Origin: Geosiphon pyriformis uo1 | Taxonomy: Eukaryota; Fungi; Glomeromycota | NCBI GenBank assembly: GCA_016748015.1 | Contig: JAAOMT010000239.1 | Span: forward strand, 699,940 to 763,939 | DNA: 64,000 bases | Direction: 5' to 3' | Shown here: piece by piece, positions 54,901 through 64,000 of the stretch | Position numbering within the stretch: position 1 is the stretch's first letter | Layout of the letters: every line of letters starts with the position of its first letter | The notes under the pieces: generated by a model | Seen by the model: only the letters and a program-made list of their open reading frames with translations | Told to the model about the DNA's origin: nothing | Databases searched by the model: none | Made by a program: the position numbers and the translations under genes

Positions 54901-55750
54901 CATGGGAATTTCCTTGATTACTACAGTCTGATCTAAGCGAATTCCTTGTCTCTTAAGATCGCTGTTTACTATGATGTTATTTTTCTTGGCCAATGATGCA
55001 GCCTTTTCTATGTTCTCTGATGAAGTAAACATTGATCTGATGATCCCTTCAAATTTTGAGGGAGTAGTGGCCCTCCCAAAACCGTTGATTTTTGAAAACA
55101 ATTTTCTGATCAATTGAGTTTTTACAGTCACCGATTTGTCTTCCACAGCCAAGAGATTAATATCTAATGCAAAGGATTTCCTAACAGCAACTTCCACCTG
55201 AGATTTAACAATCTTGGGATCCAACCACATTTTTTCTAAAGGAATACCAAGAGGAGGGGGGAGAGGACTGCCATCATCATTATTCATGTTATAATCTAAT
55301 AAACCAAGAGAGGAGCCGCAGTCCAAATTATTCTTAACTCTCTTTGCCTTAGGAGTAGTTGCAGCCAAGCCAAGAAGAGAACCATCATTACCACCAGCCA
55401 AGATGCCACCAGTAACACTGTCACCAGAATCACTTTCCATATCTGAGTATTGACTCCCACCAAAAATAGGTTTGGCCAAAGCAGCTTTGTTTCTATTACC
55501 AGACTGGTTCATATGGCGAAGGAAAATTCTTTTTTTTTAAGAGGAAGGACCACCAACAGAACCAGAAGAAGCACCAACAGGAGCTTTCTTATTCGACATA
55601 CTACTGCCAAAAGCAGCTTCCGAGTTCACAATAAAAAGATTATTTGTAAGAGAAATGTTGAAGTACAGCAAATGAAAAACAAAAAAACTACTTTCAAAAT
55701 AAGACTTTTTTTCAGGAATTTGAAATGAAGGAGAGAAAGAGTTTTTTTTT
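48936..55750 (-). mobile_element. LINE-B: full-length non-LTR retrotransposon with RNase H, inactivated; (TAA)n tail
   Basis: Same domain order as LINE-A. ORF1 from ~55599; ORF1 stop / ORF2 start overlap ATGA at 53736-53733; LQDMKKAYDSVGW, FVDDT, VYTDGS, CLYCGDVEMLDHVFSC; several stops and frameshifts. Confidence 0.95.
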
Positions 55751-57348
55751 TTTTATATTATATTAGATATTAAAAATAATTTATTTGTATTTATTTACTT
55801 ATAAAATAATTTAAAATTATATTATTTTAAACAAACTTATTTAATTTAATTTTTTGGATTTTTTTGTTAAATTTACATTAAAGCCAAATAACTTGCATAA
55901 AATTATTATGTAATTAAATATTTTAAATATTTTAAATATTTTTATAGTATTATTATTATTATTAAATACAAATTAATTTTTTTAATTTTAGTAATTTTTT
56001 TTATTATACTAGTTGTAAGTAGTTTAAAAGTTTTAAATTTAAGTTCTATATTAAAAACCAGTTGTTTAATTTGGTATATAACTTATTACTTATAATTAAC
56101 AAAAAATAATTGTTATTAAAAATTTAATAAATTTAATTACAGATTTAATCAAACTAATTAATTTTTGTATTTAAAATTTCAAAAAATTCAATTTAAATTT
56201 AAATTTTTTTTGAATATAATATAATAAAATACAAATTAAAAAATATCTTAAATATAAAAAACTAATTATAATATAAATTGTAAAAAAATTAAATACAATA
56301 AAACAATAATAATTATAATAAAAAATTAAGTTTAAATTTATTACAAGTTTAAAATATTAAAATATTAATCATATTTTATACAATAAATATAAAAATAATG
56401 AAAATAATATAAAATATATTTTATTATCAAAAAAACAATTAATTAAATTATTAACCAATTGTAAATTTAAGATAATTATAATATAATATACTTAAAATAA
56501 ACTGTAATAAAATTAAGCAAATCAAAATATTTTATTATATAACATAAATAAAAATTAATATGACTAAAAGTTAATTAATTTAATTAAATAATATTTTGAT
56601 TATTTATAATTATAATTTATACATAATTTTATAAATTATAGTTTTAAATTATTTTTTTTATTGTTATTTTTTATTAAGAAGTTTTACGAGTGCAGTCCAA
56701 CCATTAAATTATTATTATATTAAAATATAATTAATATTTAAATTTATTGAATAAACTTTTATTTAAAATTACAAATACTTAATATAAGATTATTTTTATA
56801 TAAAAATATAATAAAAAATAATTTACATTAAATTTATTATAAAACCAAAAAATTACAGCATAATTAAAAAAATAAAAAAAAATTTTTTATTTTTTTAAAA
56901 TAAATAATATTTAAATACTTGAGAAAAAAAAATTATTTACTAAATTTATTAAAAAGAATAAAAAATTTTAACAAAAAAAATAAACTTAAAATTATAATAA
57001 ACTTAAAAAAACCAAAAAAATCAAGTTTAGTTTATTAATTATTAATATAATAAGTATATATAATTAATATTATTACTATATAAAATGATAAAAAAAGTTT
57101 TATATAAACAATAATTAATTTTATTAAAAACGTTTTTTACTTTATTTTTTGCCTTTTATTTAATAAATAAAAATTTTATTATAATTATTATTGCTATTAC
57201 TCTTTTTAAAATATATAATAAATAAATAATTAAATTATTTAAAAGTAATTATTCTTTTTTTTCTCAATATTTATTTAGTTAAATTTAAATTATGATAAAA
57301 AGATTTTATTATTGCTTTTTAAATAATTAAAAACTTATTGTAATTCAG

Positions 57349-57382
<34 letters not shown>

Positions 57383-58139
57383 TTTATTTTTAAGATAAAT
57401 GTTTTTTAGTTTGTATTAAATAAAAAATTGTTTTAATTGTTTTAAATTAAAAAAAAAGATGTTTTTGTTTTTTTTATTTTCAATTTTTTGCTTTTTTTTA
57501 ATACTTGTTTTAATTTAGCCAATAACTTAGTAACTTGTTTTTTGGTTTTTTTATTTAGTAAATCTAAATTTAATTTTATATATTAGCTTGTTAAAAAATC
57601 TTTAATCTTAATTAACTAAGAAAATTTTAGCTTTTTTTGTTTAATTTTTGTTCTTTATTTTTTAATTAAATTAGTTAAATTTTTTTGCAATTAATTATTT
57701 TTTAAATCAAGATTTATTTTTTTATATTTATTTAAAAATTCAGTAAAAAATACTTTTCTTTTAAAATTTTTAATAAAATATTTTTTGGCTTTTAAGTTTT
57801 TCTTTTTTTTTATCAAAATTATAATTTTTGTAATTGAATCTTTAAATTTTTTAATTTTAAGTATAGTTAATTGTTGTTATAACTTATTTAAAATACTATA
57901 CAATTTTAATTTGTTTAATTCTTTTAAAATAATAATTTTTTCACTTTTAGTTAATAATTATTCAACTTTTTTTAATATTATAAATAACATTAAGATTAAT
58001 TTTTTTAATAATTTTATAAAAAGTATAGCTATTACTATTATTATTATTATTATTTATTTATATTTCTCAATTTCAACTAATTTTAAGTTAGAAAATTGCT
58101 TTAAATTAACTAATTTTAAAGCAATTTTTAATAGTTAAA

Positions 58140-58860
58140 TTACAATTCATAAAAACATTAGTTATTTAACTATAATTAAAATGTTTTAATTTAGTACAAT
58201 TAACAATTTTTAAATAACTAAGAATTTTCTTTGCAAAAAAGATTTTTTAAGTTTTCTAAATTTTTAATATCTAATTCTTTAATATTATTCTTAGCACAAT
58301 CTAAAATTTTTAATGTTTTACAATCTTGAACTTAATTTTTTCCAAAGTATAACTAATTTTTTTTTTACTATCTAATTATAAACAAAGAAATTATTTGCAC
58401 AATGAATTTTTTCTAATTTTTTTAAGTCTATTACAATCTAATTCTTCTAAATTATAGTTAAAACAATAAATACTTTCTAAATTTTCTAAATGTTTAATTT
58501 CCAATTTTTCAATAGAATTATTATTACAATACAGATATTTTAAAGACAAATTATTGCTTAAATCTAGTTCAACTAATTGATTGTTTGAGCAATACAAACT
58601 CTCTAGTTTGGCTAGTTTAATTATTAACTTTATTATGCCGAAAAGATAATAATTCTAAATTAAGATAATCTTCGATTACAAATTCTTCTAATTGACAATT
58701 ATCAATCCCTAAACTAGTTAAATTAGAATAGTTTTTTTAACTTCTAATTTATTATTCAAATAAGAAAAAACTTTTAATTTCTTTAATTTTACTAATATCT
58801 AGATATTTTATTATTCTGTAAAGTATATAAATTCTGTTTTAAAAATATCATTTATAGAAT
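58140..58860 (-). pseudogene. Decayed leucine-rich-repeat gene
   Basis: LYCSNNQLVELDLSNNLSLKYLYCNNNSIEKLEIKHLENLESIYCFNYNLEELDCN gives ~21-aa LxxLxCxxNxLxxL repeats; frame broken on both sides. Confidence 0.7.
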
Positions 58861-58914
58861 AAAAGTTTAGCAGATAAATTTAACTATTCAATTAAAAAAT
58901 TTATTATTTATAAA

Positions 58915-59180
58915 TTAAATTAACTAATCTTTTTGTTTCTTTATTAATTTGCAAATTTTAAATGACAACTTGTACTATCCTTGAACCATAACTCATTTCT
59001 TTCACGTAATTTTTTGATTTTTGAAAACTCTAACTTCTCATTTGAAAATTCAGTTCCCTAGTTCATTTAAGTTTTTTTTTTGAAGCTTATTCAAATATCC
59101 AGAAAACTTCTTTAGGCAGTAGGACGATTCTTAGGATTAGTATCCCAACACTTTTCGATGAGTTGAGTGATTGAAGTTGG
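58915..59180 (-). pseudogene. K7: kinase C-terminal relic most similar to K4
   Basis: LIEKCWDTNPKNRPTA; aligns with 21215-21500. Confidence 0.8.
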
Positions 59181-59887
59181 GATAGTGTTTGGGGGAAATT
59201 CTTCCTGAGATTACTTGATGGAGATTTGTTTCTCTCCTGAGGTCATACAGGAAATAGGTGTTTTACTTGAAAATGGTCACTATTGATGTGTTACAATCCA
59301 ACTATATAAATATCCGTCAATTACACTTATTCTGTATCGCAAAACAATGTACGCCTAACTTGATCATAGCAGATTACGGTAGATTATTTTCCTCCTGATA
59401 AAGAATCTCTATACTTTGTGGTGTACATATTTTTTTAGTCGGGCGTCTCATTAAAGATTTTTACGCTTTTTTTTGACATACCATGTAAAGTGTACAAGTT
59501 TTTCTTTTCCTTTGAAGTCACGACTTCGCTGTTCCAAAGAAGGAAACAGTAGCCTCTTTCCCACCATAAGTTAACCCTCAACTTGTTCTATCTTAATAAA
59601 AGGGAAATTGAATCGAACTCTGATAAGATTTCCCTTGGTTGTTATCTGGGAGAATTTTGAACCGCGTGTTAAATTCTAAATGAGTTGTAATATTTTACGA
59701 ATCCAATAATTTCTATGGTTAAAAATCACTCGAAGCATGAATCCAAGATTTTTCAGTTAAACTTTATTTGCTAAATAAAAATAATTCGATAATTCGATAA
59801 TTCGTCGTTACTAAAAAAGGAATTTTTGCTTGCATGTATAATCTAACTATTGTAGGAAATTTAGGCTTAACTCGGATGTCTGATTAT

Positions 59888-59990
59888 GGATAAAATCAAA
59901 ATCTCAATAGGTTTCTAATTTGGATAAAATCAAAATCTCAATAGGTTTCTAATTTGGATAAAATCAAAATCTCAATAGGTTTCTATTCTT
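59888..59990. repeat. 34-bp tandem repeat x3 in the AKR upstream region
   Basis: tggataaaatcaaaatctcaataggtttctaatt x ~3; diverged versions at ~15410-15495 and ~28386-28490. Confidence 0.85.
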
Positions 59991-60212
59991 GAAAATAAAT
60001 TTATCGGGTATTTCCAAAGAAAATTTATTATTCTTAGACCTTCTATTGGACAAATAACGTTTGATTAAACGTTTGAGTAATTTTGGAAAATGTATTTAAA
60101 GACACCTTGACCCTTTTCTTTTTGAGGTATCTGAGATTTCAAAGTCAGATATAACAGCTACTTTTAATTCCTTTGAATAATCTTTTTCTAAATTTTAATT
60201 TTATCTTGCAAA

Positions 60213-61985
<1,773 letters not shown>

Positions 61986-63216
61986 AATTATCAACAATAT
62001 GAAATATTTTTTATTACTTGAATAAATTAGCCAATTGTAATTTTCTTCTTAACTTAAATAATTAATAAAATACAAAAGTTTAAAAACCAGATTATAAAAA
62101 ATAATTTTATAATTTGTATTTTTCAGATTATATATATATATACATATTATTGATATTAAAAAATTTTAAGATCATTTATACTAATAAATTTACGTAATAT
62201 AAAACTAATAAAAATAATCACCAAGTTTACAAATCATTCAAATAAAACTTTATTTATTTGTATAATAATAATAATAATTAAAAAAAGTTTAAAAACATAA
62301 TTTTTTACCGATTAAAATACAACTATAAAGCATAAAAAAATATATTTATATATATTAATATTTACTTTAATAAAATTAAATTATTTGTGTGTTATAAGTA
62401 TATATAAACCATTTTAAAATGGTAAAAATATTTTTAATAAAGATTTATTAAAATTTAATGTTAAATAAGAAGTTTATTATAGTAAAATAAAGGAAATTTA
62501 ATCAATTTAAATAACTAGCTATGTGTAGTTTGTATGTAAAAATATTTATTTAAAACTAGTTGTTTAAAACAAATTGAAAATATATAACAGCAGTTTTATT
62601 ATAATATTAAAAAATTATTTAAGTAAAAACAAAAAATATTACCAAATTTAGTGTTAAAAAAAAGTGGTTTAATTTTTTTAAAAGAGCAAGTTATATATAA
62701 AAAATACAACACAATTAAATAGTAAAAGCTTTTTAAATAATAATAAAAAGAGTAGAAAGAAAAAAATAAAAATAATATTAACAATATAAATTAAAATTAT
62801 ACTGAAATAATGAAGTTTATTACTTTTTCTAATAATAAAAATATATATATTTTAATTATTGGTTATTTTAATATTAATTAATTAATATAAATTAAATTAT
62901 TACAATTAGTATGAAAAATTTTAAAAACAAAATAGTTAAAGATCATAATTAATATTAAAAATAAAATCACGGAATTTTTTAATATGGCAAATGGAGATAT
63001 TTTAATTAAATATCTCCATTTGTGTGTGAAAATAAGATGGCATAAAAGTATGTCATTTTCTTTTAATCTTTTATCATAACCCATCACAAATTATTAACTT
63101 CATATTTAAATTTTATTAATAAAAGATAATTTTGCTAAATATAAAATATAATTCTAATCTAATTATGATTGATTTATAATTAAAAAGATTAAATCTATTT
63201 AAACTCATTTAAACGA

Positions 63217-64000
63217 TTACACTCAAAATTTTCTTCACCTTTTTTGACTCTCAGGTAAATAGACTAATTATTTAAAAAGAAAGTTAAAATATGCAATTAA
63301 AGCAAATAAAATGAATCATTTTATAAATTAAATAAACAAACCTGTTGAAAAATTGACCATTTGAGCAGTTAAAAGACGACTTGTATAAACTGCTTCTGGA
63401 TGAATTGCTATCTTTGTTGTTGTCGAGTCATTTTTTGCTATTTTTCTTATGAGTCTATTTGATTTCCCAAAGTATATCCATCTTTTAAACCTATTATTAA
63501 TATTATTAAACTTATACAAAAGGTTAAGTTCCATAAACTTTTCTGTAAGTTCTCTAGCAGTAGGACGATTCTTAGAATTAGCATCCCAACACCTTTTAAT
63601 GAGTTTAGCAATTGGAGGTGGAATAAATGGGGAGGTAATATTAGGTCTTTGACCATTTAAAATAGCCATTATAAGGATTTCGTCATGAGGACAATCATGA
63701 AAAGGAGGTTTTCCTGTTGATAATTCCCATAATAACATTCCTAGACTATAAATATCACCAGCTGTTGTAAACTTTTCTCCTCTTAAAACTTCTGGTGGAA
63801 TTTATGGAATCACTCCAAATATCTTTTTTTCCTCTGTTGTTATTGTTGTTGTTGTTGCTTCATGGTTTGTAGGTTGACATAATCCGAGGTCTCCAATATT
63901 TACCCAGTTTTCCCTTATTTGTAGGATGTTGCCCGAGTGTAAATCACGATGAACCATACCAGAAGAATGAATTGAAGAAAGTCCAATAGCTATATCAGAC
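63217..64000 (-). pseudogene. K8: kinase 3' half (runs off the window) with a nonsense codon
   Basis: HRDLHSGNIL and DLGL present; GVIP*IPPE with TAT>TAA at 63802-63804 (could be a sequencing error). Confidence 0.75.

Noticed and set aside
39610-55600. In-frame stops in the LINEs as an alternative genetic code or programmed read-through
   Set aside because: The stops are a mix of TAA, TAG and TGA at differing positions, derived from CAR/CGA/TGG by transitions, and frameshifts co-occur. This is mutational decay.
39847-55728. Plus-strand ORFs over the LINEs
   Set aside because: Antisense shadows of LINE ORF1/ORF2.
59888-59990. 34-bp repeats as a CRISPR array
   Set aside because: Contiguous tandem units without spacers; eukaryotic context; no cas genes.

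Overview
Eukaryotic, intron-rich fungal DNA. The kinase, LINE and intron types point to Glomeromycotina (arbuscular-mycorrhizal or Geosiphon-like); this is an inference. Four ordinary genes are present: a conserved hypothetical protein, a WW-domain protein with an (NGM)n tail, END3, and LSM8, which carries a U12-type minor intron. They sit in a birth-and-death cluster of 8 TKL-like kinase genes or relics and 3 AKR13/YakC-type aldo-keto reductase copies, built from a repeated 'AKR -> <- kinase' module. Mobile DNA includes two full-length but inactivated RNase H-containing LINEs, several older relics of the same LINE family, a Ginger-type DNA transposon and a fresh 100-bp polyA retro-insertion. 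The most striking signal is a regional, one-way C>T/G>A hypermutation with an apparent TpC (TCA/TCC) preference that turns repeats and their flanks into extremely AT-rich deserts. It can be read directly from the two TIRs of one transposon and from a graded series of LINE 3' ends. Other highlights: a retro-insertion that could be spliced out in frame (possible intron birth), and the only intact AKR copy has lost catalytic Lys and His (both to Gln). All alignments and counts were done by eye; no database search was run.
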